A stretch of DNA of 61,390 nucleotides, counting the filler, from Sphacelaria rigidula (taxonomy: Eukaryota): the NCBI GenBank assembly GCA_964200075.2. It is 7 parts of 7 records of this genome, joined end to end, with 100 filler letters (N's around TTAATTAATTAA, not from the genome) between each part and the next. Parts side by side here need not be neighbours in the genome. Positions count along the whole stretch, not along the records: positions 35,139 to 43,822 come from CAXNAA020010389.1; positions 43,923 to 52,606 come from CAXNAA020010390.1; 5 more parts are not named here. One strand, written 5' to 3'. Positions 36,129-49,400 of this stretch are shown here, one piece after another. Both the position numbers and the translations under genes were made by a program. The notes beneath the pieces are model-generated. The model was not told where the DNA came from. It made no database searches and saw only the letters and a list, made by a program, of their open reading frames with translations. Within the stretch, counting starts at the first letter, position 1. Each line of letters opens with the position of its first letter.

Positions 36129-39100
36129 ATGGAGCGCAACCCGTTCATCTTGCCGGCGGACGAGGAGGTGTTTCGAATGAAGGAAGACGAGCAATCTCGC
36201 AAAGCGCGCGATAGGATTGCTCGCAGGAGACAGAAGGTGCCAACAACCCTTTTCGTGTTGTGGATAAGGGCAGAAATAACGCTTCACGCGTTATTATGTG
36301 CATGATACGAATACAGCAGGAGGGCAGCGAGACAAAGAAGCGAGTGCTCTCCGACGCCCCAAAGGGTGCAGTATTTGTATTGTTGGAACGGCTGTTTTTG
36401 TTTTCAACGGTGTTCGTGACATTGCACACAAAGAGCAGCCGCGTGACCCACGGTGATATCAGGCTTGTATGAGTAGGTCACGTCGAGGAGTAATCGATAG
36501 TGATGAGGATACGTACGTCTGGAGGACGGAATATGAATATACTGTAGCAGGCCCATCGCTCAGTACTTGAAATGCAACGTGTCGTTATACAATACCGGAA
36601 AATCGTCCGTCTCCCCCGCAGAGTACGGGGTAGTATGCACGGTCCTTGCCATCTGGATTTGTTTTGACCGAATCCCGTCGGTTGTCCCACCGCTCTACCT
36701 TCGTACTCCAGGTGTGGCAAAAAACAACAAAGACCACAGTATCGGGACGTTCCGCCAAGATTGGCGACCTTTTCAAGCACACAGGGGCGACCATCGCGAT
36801 GGACGGGACCGCGGGCGCGGGAAAGCGCGCGCTGGCCAACGCTGAGATGATGCATCAGGTAGCATGAACTCCGCCGTAGGGCGCCGAGACGGACCCGGCG
36901 CGAGCTCTGTACCCTTCGTTGGCAATGCCCAAGGTGCATCGAGCAGCACCCAGGTCTCGGAATTTATTACGAAGAATGCTGACAGCTGGTGTCAGAAACC
37001 AGGGCTTGGATTTGTATTGAAGACGACTGCAGATACAGCTGGTTTCAGAAACCAGCTCTTGACATCTACTTTAATAAATAATGCAGATGCAGCTTGTTTT
37101 AAAAACCCGGTCTAAACACCTCACAACAACATGTGAATTTTGCCTGGGTCTCCATTACAGTTTTCCAGGGGGAGCCACCCCAGCATCACTCCGGATTCTT
37201 CCTTGTGTCTTCCACCCCGAAGTAGTAGTAATCCTTGTTTTTTCTTCAGAATCACGTACTTCTCGACACATCAAATGTTGTGAGTCATACTGCAGCTTCG
37301 CGGGTGCTTCCCCAGTTCTTGTGCAACGCCATACCCGTCGTGTTGGAACACTTGACCGCACGAGTAGTCGTGTACAGAGCTACAGAGACAGCACATGAAT
37401 GTCCGTGAAGAAAGACTTGAGTTAGCCTATGCGAAATCTATAGCGGTCGCTGTAGATCAGACGCTGCGCGTGGTGAGAGATCGAACAGCTTCACTTATAT
37501 TCTCGGGAAAGATTTGTTATTTTCGAGTCAGTTGGTTGATTTGATTGATTGATTGTCGTACCTTAACTGACTCCCCAGGGGTCCAGCCGTGATCTCATGA
37601 TAGACGTACCCAAGAAAGACGAAACTGGAACACGCTCTGAGAAGTTGATCGCAAGTAAAAGAAATGACTCGTGAACCTCGACATTACACACCCAACGGTC
37701 AGCCGACTCACCCCGACCCGCCTTCGTGGAAACTGATACTCCATCAGTAGGCGGCGACAATGATAACAAGCGATCGGCAGCAAGAGAAGGAGAGCATGGC
37801 CGAGTTTATCGCCAAAAAGCGGGAGATGTTTCTTGTGCAGATGAGTCTGGATACTAAGCGAGAGGAGATTAGGAAGCTCGAAGAGAAGGCCAGGATGAAG
37901 GAGGAGGCACTAAGAAAGAGCGAGCAGGTGCCCGGGTAGCATCAACTCGCAGGTCTTGTCCGAGTGATCAATGGTGTCAGGCAGGAGGAAGCCCGAAGGG
38001 ATAGTGGTCGCACTACAGACGGTGCTTCAACGTGGTACCACAATATAGGAGGCTTTGGCTTGTGCTTCGTATGCTTAGTTGTCGATTGGATGAGCGTGGA
38101 ATGGGGATGGGTGTGTTTTACACAAATTCAAATCAACTGCCGTGGTGCATGGGTTGTCGATGCAAGGTTGTGTTGGCAGAAAGTCATTTTTAATTTTTCC
38201 AGTACCTACGCTGCGCTCAGCTGTGACTGTTGTTCTCCGATGGTCGATACGTTGAAAACGTGATTGAACACAGATGCTGGAAGAAGACGCGATTCGCTTC
38301 GACACGTTTCTCAAGGAGAACGATAAAAAGGCGCACGAGGCCATCAAAAAGGCGGAGAGGGAGACCAAGGTGATACATTAATGACTCGCCTCCATACCGC
38401 CACTTCGTTGAATTAGGGGTCAAGTCGTGGTTTGGAAGTCCCCGACGTCTACGCATTATCACTTGGATTTCGTTGTTCGATAATCTCCCACTGTGATTCC
38501 CTCGGTTGTCGATTCCGTTGCTCTTGGCTGGTGCAGCTTAAATCGGATAAAGCTCAGGAGATAAAGAAGCTCAACCAGCAGATTCAGATGGTGCAGAGCG
38601 ACATGAGCAAGCACCGTGAAGCCCTTGAAGATTGTCTCAGGTAGGTGGGGTCACCGAACAAAACGTGGTACAGCGAAAAGAGGTAGGTGCCCGAGCAGAC
38701 CCTCAAGTTTTCAGCGAACATCTTTGCTTCGCCACTTCGCACTGTCGCTAGGACGCATACCCTGGACAAAACAATACATACTTAAAAAGTGTACTGCGTA
38801 CAGTATCGACTATTGCGCCTATTGCAACAGACGTTAGATTCCATACCGTACGCAGTACATCTTTTGACAAATGGAACCTATTGTCCAGGGTGTGTGAGGA
38901 TGATGCACTCCTCGGTACTCTCGCTGGTTCTAGAGAAAAGTATGCACAGCGGAAGACCGGGTAGTCTGCACGACGGGTACGGACAGTACACATGCGTCAT
39001 ATTCATGAAACGAAGATACAACACACTTCGAACTAGTGTGTCAGGAAGACGAGTACTCACTTTCGTGACAGTCATGGCTTGTTGCGTACGACGCTGATTC

Positions 39101-42100
39101 TGCCGCCACTGCCACAATGATGCCCCGCGGAAGGTATAAGGAGTTTCTGGACGGCCTGGTGCCGCCAGAGTGGTTCGAGGAGCAAACCCGAATAAAGCGC
39201 GAGAGGCAGGAGGCGCGCAGGCAAGCGCGCATCAAGCAAAAAAAGAAGGCGTATGAGGTGGGCTGGGATTTTTTACCAAGAAATATCATTGCTTGTTGTT
39301 GCACTCATGGCGAGGATGGCCGTTGCCACGTAGAAGTGAGAGGATGGTTGTTGCCACGTCGAAGATGCTCAGAGGAGAGTAGGCCTGAATACACGACTTC
39401 GCAGCCACAGTGACCAAGTGAAGTGACTCCTTACGTGTGTTTCGATGCGTGCTTCGTGTATGGACGAGGTTTAAGTTTGCTCCCGTGCGGCTCACCGGCA
39501 TCCCGCCGTAGAAAAAATCCCGTGTAGCCCTACCGTACCGTTCGGAACACAAGGAACTCTGATGAGTGCATCTCTTACAACGGAATCCAGGAAGTATAAT
39601 ACTGTAACGGAACCCCAAAATATAGTTTACTCATGTCGATGGACGAGTTAGCTGTGGAATGTGACTTGTGGCCTGTCCTCGAGAGACTGATGATGTTACA
39701 TCATGGAGGTGGAGAGTCAGTATAACGGCGAGTGTGCTGCCTTGCGTTGAAGTCGTACTTTGAGTGGTAAGAACTGCGTATCGAGCGTTTTTTAATCAGT
39801 ACTTATCCGATCCACGCGGTACGCTGTCCCTACGACAGTCGCTATCACATTTCCCCAACGATAGCCGAGTGGTGCTCCCACTGACTGCCCAGTACTTTGT
39901 GCCCATCGCGCAGGAGGAAAAGAGGAGAGTGCTGTCGGAGTTTGCAGAGGAGGAGCGAAGGCGAGAAGAAGCGTTGGCCAAGCAGGTACACTGCCTGTGA
40001 GGTCAAGGCGTTGTTTAGGCAAAATATACAATGTTCACTCCGTTTTCTTTGCAGCAGCACTCCAATATAATTTACATCAGCAGCATGGTAAAGAGAGTCA
40101 GGGCTGGGTTCGCCAGCAGCACAGCTTCGTTTTACTGATAGAAGGCGTCTTCGATGCAGCTGGGATCACGCACAGCTTGCCGTCAACTAACTGCTTCCAC
40201 CTTCCGTTGACGATATGCTCCCCGTCCCACCTCTCCCGGGCACGCGCATCCGAGTACTTGAACGCGGGCCATGCTGTGCCGACCAGGGTCGAGTCAAGAA
40301 AAAAAGCGAAAAAAAGGCGCGACAACCGGACATCCCACCTTTACCAAAGTTCGATCAAGAGCCGCTCACCTCTAGCGAGGAGGATATTCCCATGTACTTC
40401 ACCAAGCAGGAACAATTGTTGGATATTTTTCAGGTGATCCTCAATATATCCCCCTCTCCCCAATCCTTGACATCCGCGCTATATCACACTGGATGTGATC
40501 CCCTCCCGTTGCCCTAACTCCCTTCCAGTCATTAATCACACTTCCGGAAAGCGTGAACGCAAAATTGACTCAGGAACTAACAAGTCCGGTCGTTTGGCGC
40601 TCAATTGTCGCCACATTGACTAACACCAGGCGTTGGAAGAGCAGAACCTCTTCTTCATACAGAACTCACAGGAGACTGAGCACGCGCTCGACGAGCTGAA
40701 ACAGAATTTTGGGAAAGTACAGGCGGCCATGGACGCGAAGACACAGGTACACGAACCTGGTCAGGTGCCGACCAACTAGTGTGATTTCGGAAAGGGATGC
40801 CGGCGGTACCGGTTGATAGGCAACGGTTCAGGCATTGAGATCGCCTAAAACTAACGTTTCTTCCCGCATTTCACCAGCTCGAGGCGGATCCTCTCAGAGT
40901 TCGTCGATTCCATTTGCCGAGCTCGAGGCGTTGATGTCTTGAAAAACTATGATGCGTGTCTACTCAATTCCTATGTAGCGCAGCTCCATGCCGAGGTGTA
41001 GAAGTAGGGCGTCCAAAGACCTGTATGCCGCAACTACGTCAGTTTGTGTGGAAAGAGACTGCAAGCGGAGCTAACTATAGCTGTCCGCTGCAATACATCG
41101 GCCTCGGGGTGGGACAGCGGAGTACCACGTCAGCCATTGTTGAACATTCTGCGCAGTCAAACGGTACCCAAGCACAAACACTTTCGTCAACTTTGAGCTA
41201 TCACCGCTCCCGCCTCCCCCCCCCCGCCCCCTCCGTCTCGAAAGAGATGCGTGGTCAATGGTCAAACGACTACGGCAAGCAACGAACGAGTACGCCCCCC
41301 ACCCCTGCTATCTCCCCTTGCGCGCTGTTCGCTGCTCCTCTCCGTGTTGTGTGGGATCCGTTCCCACCTACTACAGGCCCTTCGATCCAATATTGCTGAA
41401 CTGGTTGAAAGCATTCACGTCGAGGAGGCAAAGGCCGAGCAGCTGAGTAAAAGGATTGCGGCTAGCACCGGGGATACCCTGGACCGCCAGGAGGGCCTTC
41501 TGCGCCAACTCAATAAGGAGGTATTCATTTGGAACGAACTACAATTGACACCAATCCGATGCTTAGAGGTGAAAGCAGGGTAGCTCAGTTTCCGAGATGT
41601 TGTGGCCGTGCAGGATGACGATGATTAGTCCCGGTAGTGTATACCTCCGTACTGAATACCAGCAGGTAAAAAAAAAAAGTCATAGTGCACAGGTTGTTTG
41701 CAGTAGCTGTGCAGCGAAAAAAAAAAAAAATGCCGCAGTGAAGAATTGGTCAAATATTTCTCTGCGTTCCACGTATTGGACTCGGAATGGTGACGAAGGT
41801 GAAAAATGTGTACGAGCGCTGCGGCTTCGACGCGTCTTCGAGTCCGACCACCCTCTACATGCTTTCGGACCTGGAGGCTCGTCTGGAGGACTTGTTGAAC
41901 GACATTGCACAGATGCCGGAGGAGTACGTGGCAAAGGCGGAGAAGGTAAAACGGCATCGAAGAACAGGTCGGAACGTGCGAGAGTCGGTTGCATGTCCGC
42001 CCACATGCGAAAGTTGTTTGGAGAGGAGCAGAACACCCGGAATTCGGTAGCTATTTTTGTTGTGAAACACCCACACACTCGATGGAACATTTTTTAGTGT

Positions 42101-42522
42101 TGTCTGGTGATGATCCATCCTCATATATGTCGTAACATCTACAGCGGAGAAAACTGCTCAAGCGGCACCGTACACCGGCAAGTCGGGCACACAACGTGAC
42201 GGTTTTTCAACACTTCCGGGTTTTACTGGTGACAATTATGACTCCAATTGGTAGTAATCGTATACTGAAGACTCAATCTCTACGGGAAAACATAGCTCAC
42301 TCAGCCTTTCCCGTGCCGAGAACGACAAGTCATACTCGCAGGGGTAAACCCCGCCATAGTTCTTGGTTTATACGGTCCCGGGTTGCGAGCCTCATTTGAA
42401 GTTCCATCCTGTCGTCAACCTTGCCGCTCACCATTATTTTGCCGCCGAAATTGCAGGAAAAAGAGAAGAAGCGACGCGAAAAAAAGCGGGCAGAGCAGCA
42501 GGCTTTACAAGAGCGAATGCAG
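36129..42522 (+). CDS. CFAP100: Cilia- and flagella-associated protein 100 (CCDC37/FAP100, DUF4200 family); 3' end missing
   Basis: Exons 36129 (or 36102)-36236, 36712-36858, 37751-37927, 38274-38369, 38537-38640, 39134-39257, 39914-39985, 40287-40433, 40630-40746, 41377-41520, 41799-41945, 42457-42522, all phase-consistent. Motifs [95 protein letters not shown]. Confidence 0.93.
38759..38891. mobile_element. Small MITE-like element (about 133 bp) in a CFAP100 intron
   Basis: Inverted ends ACCCTGGACAA/TTGTCCAGGGT with inner inverted GTACTGCGTAC; inverted homolog at about 53408-53532. Confidence 0.7.
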
Positions 42523-42557
42523 GCAAGTCTTACTATTTTTTCTTTCTTTCTTCTTCT

Positions 42558-42931
42558 CCTGTCTCTGTCTCTGTCTCTGTCTGTCTCTGTCTGCCTCTGT
42601 CTGCCTCTGTCCGTCTCTGTCTGTCTCTGTCTCTGTCTCTGTCTCTGTCTCTGTCTCCATCTCTATCTCTCTCTGTCTCTCTCCAGCGATGCTACGATAG
42701 GGGTTGCACTTTTTATTTCCGGGTCTCTCTTTCGTAGGAGCCCAAAAACATAGGGCTTACTGTGCAACCCAAATCTCCGGGGACCGGACATGGAGATGCA
42801 CGCAGGGGCCTCTTCGTGAATCGGCATCATTTTCAGTCTTTTTGAAGTAAAAATGATGCCGATTATCAAAATGACCCGTCCCAAACCCCGAGAAACATTT
42901 TCGCTAAAATAGTCCAACCCCTATCGTAGCA

Positions 42932-42985
<54 letters not shown>
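42558..42985 (+). repeat. Compound (CTGTCT)n/(CT)n microsatellite interrupted by a MITE
   Basis: Direct reading; insert at 42684-42937. Confidence 0.9.
42684..42937. mobile_element. MITE of about 250 bp, possibly hAT-type
   Basis: 19-bp perfect inverted core GATGCTACGATAGGGGTTG/CAACCCCTATCGTAGCATC; TSD obscured by CT repeats. Confidence 0.75.
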
Positions 42986-42988
<3 letters not shown>

Positions 42989-43822
42989 ATATATCTCTCT
43001 TCATTTCCCTCTCCCATACTTGAACTCTTGTTTCACGGCGCACCGCAAAATTTGAGCACGAAAATTCCAGTGTGCGTGGCACATTAGTAGTTGCGATGAA
43101 AGTTCGAGCACAAACCCAGTGGGCGTAACATATGAATTGGTCGGGTAGGGCACCAAAACCGCGACCAAGGTTTTCCTGTACAAAACACTCGTGCATCGGG
43201 TGAGATTTCTGTGTATTCAGGCAGCAACTATTTTCAGGGAAACGGTAGGCCGCGTCTCCAACTTCGAAATTCGGTATTTATGGTCCATGCAACACAATTT
43301 TCGCGAAAATTCAACATCAACATATGGTGTTTTTTTTCCAATCCAGGTACTTTTTTCGTGAGACGTGCATAGATCATTAAAAGATTGTGTTTGAGGTAGA
43401 TCGAACCATTTGCTCGCTTGTTTTAAATTCTACCCTCGTGTTCAGGGGAAATCGTGTTTCAGGTAAATGATAGTCAAGATCTTGGAGCTCAAGGAAAGAG
43501 CGTTTTTTGTTTCGTTTTTGACACCGTACTTGAAAGTATCTCGTCATAGGGCAACTCTCTGCGGAAGATGTTTTGGCAGATAGATATTGAGCGATAAAAG
43601 CGAAATAATATTTTTCGGATAATGGCCCAGAAAAGTCATACCTTCTCGGGTTTTTTTGTCTAAGAAAGGAACGAAAAATGGCCAGAAACGCGAATACGGC
43701 AAAACACGCCATTTTGACCGTTTTCGCTCCGACTGTTTCACGCACATTATCAGGGGGGGGCATTGGCACCCGGGCCTCGAAACAAAACGGAAAAAAAAAG
43801 CATGTTACCAGAGAGATATAGC

Positions 43823-43922
43823 NNNNNNNNNNNNNNNNNNNNNNNNNNNNNNNNNNNNNNNNNNNNTTAATTAATTAANNNNNNNNNNNNNNNNNNNNNN
43901 NNNNNNNNNNNNNNNNNNNNNN
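43823..43922. other. Artificial contig linker
   Basis: 44N-TTAATTAATTAA-44N. Confidence 0.97.
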
Positions 43923-44323
43923 CCCCCCCCCCCCCCCCCCCCCCCCCTCCTCGTGACGAGTCCGTGGTCTCAAGGGATCAACCCATCTCTCCTCCGGTAC
44001 TATATATCCCACAATTGTTCGTTTACTACCATGGCGGAGCGTTTATAAAATGACAGTAGTTGCAATCAACGATCGTCAATTCCAGTAAAAATACCACCGG
44101 CTCAGGGTCAACGTCTGTAGGGCGAAAAAACAGCAAGCAAACACGTTTGTTCCGTAATTCGTCCTTTTGTCACGAAACACCACTGAAGTACACCTAGTGC
44201 AACGCATTCGTATCTATTCTTTGAGCGAGAAGAATACATGCCGGGGTATGAACGGAAGACCGAGCAAGAATGCGAAACACGCGCAACCGGCGCCACCATA
44301 CACTCGATTACCTGGCTTACACC

Positions 44324-45546
44324 CTAGATATCAACTGTGTACCCCGAAAAGCACCTAATCAAGTTGAGGACAACACGAACAACGAATGCTCTGAATGAGA
44401 AAATATTTTTCCTTTCATCTATATGCAGCACCTGAGTATCCCCCTCGGCAGCATAGTACAAGCTTGCGTCTTCCATGTCCTCCTCAGATATACCCATGCG
44501 ATCCAGCAACTGTTTGGCAGAGTGCACGGTTTTGCAGCAGCCAAGAATCGCAAATAGTCCAGTGGGGAGAGACAGCACGCTGATGATATCTGTGTAATGT
44601 GGACTTCCTCGATTGTGCTGTGAGCAAGGACCGCCTGAAAGAGCTCTGTAGCATACGCGCGCCTGCTAGAGGGACGAAATATGCCCACACGGTCTTGAGC
44701 TCAATAAATACATGGGGCTGAGTGGCACGCTGACCCATGACTGTCAGCAGCAATTCACGACGATATTCAACACTGCACGTTACACAACGGGCGAGTAGGG
44801 GCAACCTGAAATGGAGGCACCTGAACACATAACTTCACGAGGGAACGTATGTAGAAACGGCATGGTGTATCTGGGTATTTCGCACCTGCTGCTGGGTCTT
44901 CGCAAGATGGTCTTCAAAATTCGTCGTGGCCAACTCTGTGAGCTGTTCCTCGGGTATCTTCCCCCTGAACTGCGCGATCTGCTGAGTAAAGTGAGCCTGC
45001 GTGGGCGCGGCAACAGCAGACGAAAACAGCGAGAATTCTACTTGATATCGTGAATAAATTTCATTTAGTCGTACTGTCAATTGGGGCGGAATCTGAATCT
45101 GGCGCCAACCTTTCACGTTTCCAACTCAAAAAGGATTTTGCTCACATAAGCCTCCACAGTATTTGATCAAAGGGTGGAAGATCACGTCAAGTGTATCCAA
45201 GTAGAGCATTCCAGGAAAAAATAAAAATAGACGAGTTGTCTTCGGTCAGATTGGTGTCGTCGAACAGCCCAGACACTTCTTGGGGCCCCCTTAGTATTTC
45301 TAATTATGCAAAGTACGGTGCGTGAGAGGCACTGGTTGCACTGGTTGAAGGTTTGTTGGGTCAACTGCTCCCCACATATCGACAGTAAGAGAGACCGTCA
45401 CACCGACCCCTCACCACCATGGTGTTTTGCTCGAAGTTGATGAGGTCGAAGAACTTGGACACCTGATCTCTCGTCACGGTTGGCGTACCATCACCATCAC
45501 CATCGTCGTCCTGCACGTGCAGCAGCGATTTGTAGGTATGTGTCAT
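44324..45546 (-). pseudogene. Decayed coding sequence with a possible GNAT-like C-terminal part
   Basis: Protein-like segments in shifting frames: MTHTYKSLLHVQDDD...FFDLINFEQNTMV|GTGAGG; EFSLFSS...FEDHLAKTQQQ|GTGCGA; HVFIELKTVWAYFVP / SSRRAYATELFQAVLAHSTIEEVHITQI / SVLSLPTGLFAILG. Needs at least two frameshifts and exon phases do not reconcile. Confidence 0.35.
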
Positions 45547-46407
45547 AATGATCGACTCCGGCTGCGTGGTACAGTACTTGTAACGGAGCAGTACTCTTAC
45601 CAACGCATAGACAGGCAAATTGTACCGTCGCACGGTAGCGTCGTGCAGTCCGCACCGCCCAGTACCAACAGAACGGAGACGATAACTGAAGTGACGGCCA
45701 GCACTATTAGAGTGGCATATCGTAATGTCATCAAAGTATGCGAATCAATCACAGCTACTTCAGTATACAATGCACTTTACAGTCGCGCGATTGTGTTCTC
45801 CGCGAGGGCAATTGTGGGCGCGCCGCCAGCGCCTGGGTCCGTGGTGCGCTATAGATGTAGAGCGCAGGAAATCAAAGTACAGTCCCTACGGTATCGCAAG
45901 GGTAGGCGTAGGTGCCGTAAACGTGGCTCACCCCGTTATCTTGATTTCCAGTCCTCTTCCATAGGATATAATACGCAGCTAGCCCCACAGCGGCCGTAGC
46001 AGCCAATACGGGGCTTGGCTTCACGAGAGCCATCTTCAGAGCGCGCTGTGTTCGGTGAGCGCGGCGTGACCTCCAACAATGTTGTCGAATTCATGTCATG
46101 CTCCATTTGGTATTCACTTCCGGGTATTTCACATTGATGGTATCAGCGTCCTGAGGCGACAATACCCTTGGTCTATCTACTGTCTGCGGTTGCTGTCATC
46201 AACAGAATTTAGCTACTGTCGTAGGGATATGTTATATGTTTGTATTCGATGTCCCTCCTGATTTCGTTGTACTGTCGCTCTGTGAACTACGGGTACGAAA
46301 ACTGCTATAGGCTGATATACGTAAGAAGAATATGTAATATCCCGCCCCTCTGTCGTTGGCCGACACCGGCGGTGTTGCTACCGAGGTAAAGAGCCAGGTG
46401 TTTAGCA

Positions 46408-49400
46408 ATGGACGGAGTCTCGGATGTGCAGCAAGAGGTGCGTTAAATATTGAAGCTATTATTGTGATGTTGAGTTCGATTTGTTGCTGTAGCGTATAGT
46501 GGCATGGTCCGTTCTACTATTACCGTAGCACAAAATAAATTGCCATCACAACAGCACCGACGTTTGCATCGTTACCTCTTTGTGTATCATGTTGTCTGAA
46601 CTGTGTCCTGCACCGGATCGTGCTGTACGGTCGAGTATGAGATGGACTTTGACGCTTCTTCTTCCTCCCGACTTTCGCTGATGGCGGGCGCGGGCTCACT
46701 CTCGAATGATTGTGACAATATCAGCAATAGGTCAATGCTGCTCTCTCTTTGTACTGTCTACTTCCACGCTCCCATCTTATCAAGGAAGCGGCGGAATTAC
46801 TGGTGACCATGCTAAACAAAGCACCTGCTCTTGCCGGCGAGCTGAGCGAGCTTCTTGGTGCATTGGGTGAGAAATACCTACCAGCATGTGCACTACGCGT
46901 GTCCTTCTCGGGTTCTAGCTTCGGCCTGACGCACTGTAGGGTCCTGTGTCGCAGCATATAACTATTATGTACAGAGGTCGCAGCTCCCCCTCGATATACT
47001 GCTGTACCTGGCTGTGTTTGAGGAACAGTTTGTACTACAGCTGTACTATAATATAGTACAGTACTCAGTACTCTGTACTATGCGTACTATGTGCCCGTTA
47101 TCAGGACAATCGCCACTCGTCCCTCTCCTGCAGGTTTTCATTAGATTTTCCTACCGTTCGCGCCGCCAACTTCGTCGGGCAACGCCTAACGTCTTTACTG
47201 CACCTGGATATCTACCGAATTTCACCACTACTTCAAACAAAACGTAAGATGACGGTGAGAGCGTAGTCGTCGATGGCGTCAGAGACGCAACACTGCGAGA
47301 GCAACTGAGCGCGTTTTTGACGGCACTGGGGTTAGCTTCACCGCCTGAAGCCGGCGATTCCACCGAAGGACCCAATGAAGCGATCAAGAAGTCTCGAGAA
47401 TTTCGGTGTAGCATAGGAGGAGGTGGGGTGCTGAGAATGGTGGCCGCTTTAATGGACGAACGGGGTTTGGCACAACCCCCACCAATGGACGAGGATGCGG
47501 CATTTCATGCGGCGAAGAAGGTTAGGTACTGCGTTACCCTGCTTTTCGCCCCCCCCCCTCCTCCCCCGCATACGCTCGTTTTATCGTACAGTATGTCTCA
47601 CCATGTCGTATCTGACAAAATCTTCAAAAGACATTTAAAGCGGTACGCTGGAGAGCACGATTAGTTCCAGGGCTGAAGCACTGCCCCGTTTGCAGTACAA
47701 GATGAGGTTTGCCCGTGGTCAAATTGCGCACGGCCCGCAAAAGGGGGTGGGAACACTCGGTCCTCATATCTAGAATGCTTCGTATCTCTATGGATGTCCT
47801 GAATCTGGTTCTCCCGCTGACTAGACTGCTTTGAAAGCTTTTACTGCTACTCGATAATGTGCCTCAACTCCCGATCCTGTAGTGGTCGTAGACGGCAATA
47901 TCGCTTTTATTGTATATTGTTTCACAATGTCCATGCTATTCTCGTTCGAATATACATTTGACTTGTTGTCAGGTTGTAGATGGGTTGGCACAACAAAAAG
48001 GAATGGAAAGCGTGTGCGAGGAGGTGCCGGTGTTGCTACACCAGATATTGGGGGGCGAAGTCGTAATGCTGCAGGGTCTAGAAGACACGAAAATCAGGTG
48101 CGGCGTGCCTGGAGAGTCCGGAACGCAGCGGACAGAAGGAGACCGTATTGTCTCAACACCTACATTTCACTGTGACGTGGTGTGTACTTGCTGTGTCAGG
48201 TGTATGCTGCGGATAATGCCGTTGGTTGCACAAACGAGTTTCGTACGTCATCTTTGGGGAAGTCTGGGTACAGACAGATGAAGTATCGTGATTGCTGCAC
48301 AACGATGACCCCAAGTACGTGCCACCGCGGAAAACGAAATCGACGTCTACGAATCGCGTGTGCTCGCGGTGCGAGACAACTATGGGTCGATCCGTCCAAG
48401 ATGAAAATGACCCAAGCGTCTCCAATACCTCCCCATGTGTGTATCATAGTAGATCAAGCTGTTGTTGTTTTTTTCGTTTCGTCGGCCTTCGTCTGCCCCT
48501 GCTTCCGTCGCTGCACAGGGATGCACTTACTGAACTGTTCGTTGCCTTGGGGCTGAAGTCGCGAGAAGTAGGGGTTGATGGGGAAAGTGGATTCGGAATC
48601 CCCGATACAGGAGGTCAAGATAGCGAGCACGTCATCAAGAAGGTCGGTCGTGGGGTCGATGGCTCCGGGATGCCCGGCCTACGCAAAATGTAGCGCGAAC
48701 ATGCTCTGCGTTTGAAAAGCACAAACATCTGAAAACTAGAAGGCAAAAAGACAGCGAACTAGATGTGGGAAACACATGTTGAATATTTTGCTTCTTCATG
48801 ACTGCAAGGATGCAAAAATTTGTTTCGGTATTATTTTTGAATCGTGGCTTCCAAATGACGTAGATATCGAGCGGACTGGGAATTATCACCGTACGGTGGT
48901 CCCACGTGCGTGGTGGGTACACGCGTGTCCACATGAGAACATTTTTGTCGCCGGGTCGTGGCGAGGCAAAATCGAACTTGCTCAAACGTTGTTTGTACTT
49001 ATGTCTACCGGAAGTAGCTTTTCACTCTCCTTCTGAACAACTTGTTTTTTTAAGGAAACCTGGTCGACGTTGCATTGTAACTTCGCAGGTAATCACTTCG
49101 TACGGTGGCAGAATCGACGAAGGCGGTGAGGAGGACCGGGGTTCCGAAATCGCGGTGGAAGGCGAAAAGAGCCAAGGACCCGCAGACACAGCGCCACGGA
49201 GGGGACCCATCGGACCAGCGATGCCTTCCGCTGCAGTTTTGGCTCAGGCCCAGCAGGCAGCGGCGGAATTTGCGCTACAGGTCAGACGATCACGGTATCG
49301 TTTCTTTAGTCATAGATGTCCCTTGGTTACACGTGGTGGTACGTGTTTGTGCGAGGGTGTGCGCACGTTTTACAACGATGGCAACGCGACAATTCGCCGG

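Noticed and set aside
42363..42753. ORFs with SL/CL/SV dipeptide runs
   Set aside because: Translations of the CT/CTGTCT microsatellite.
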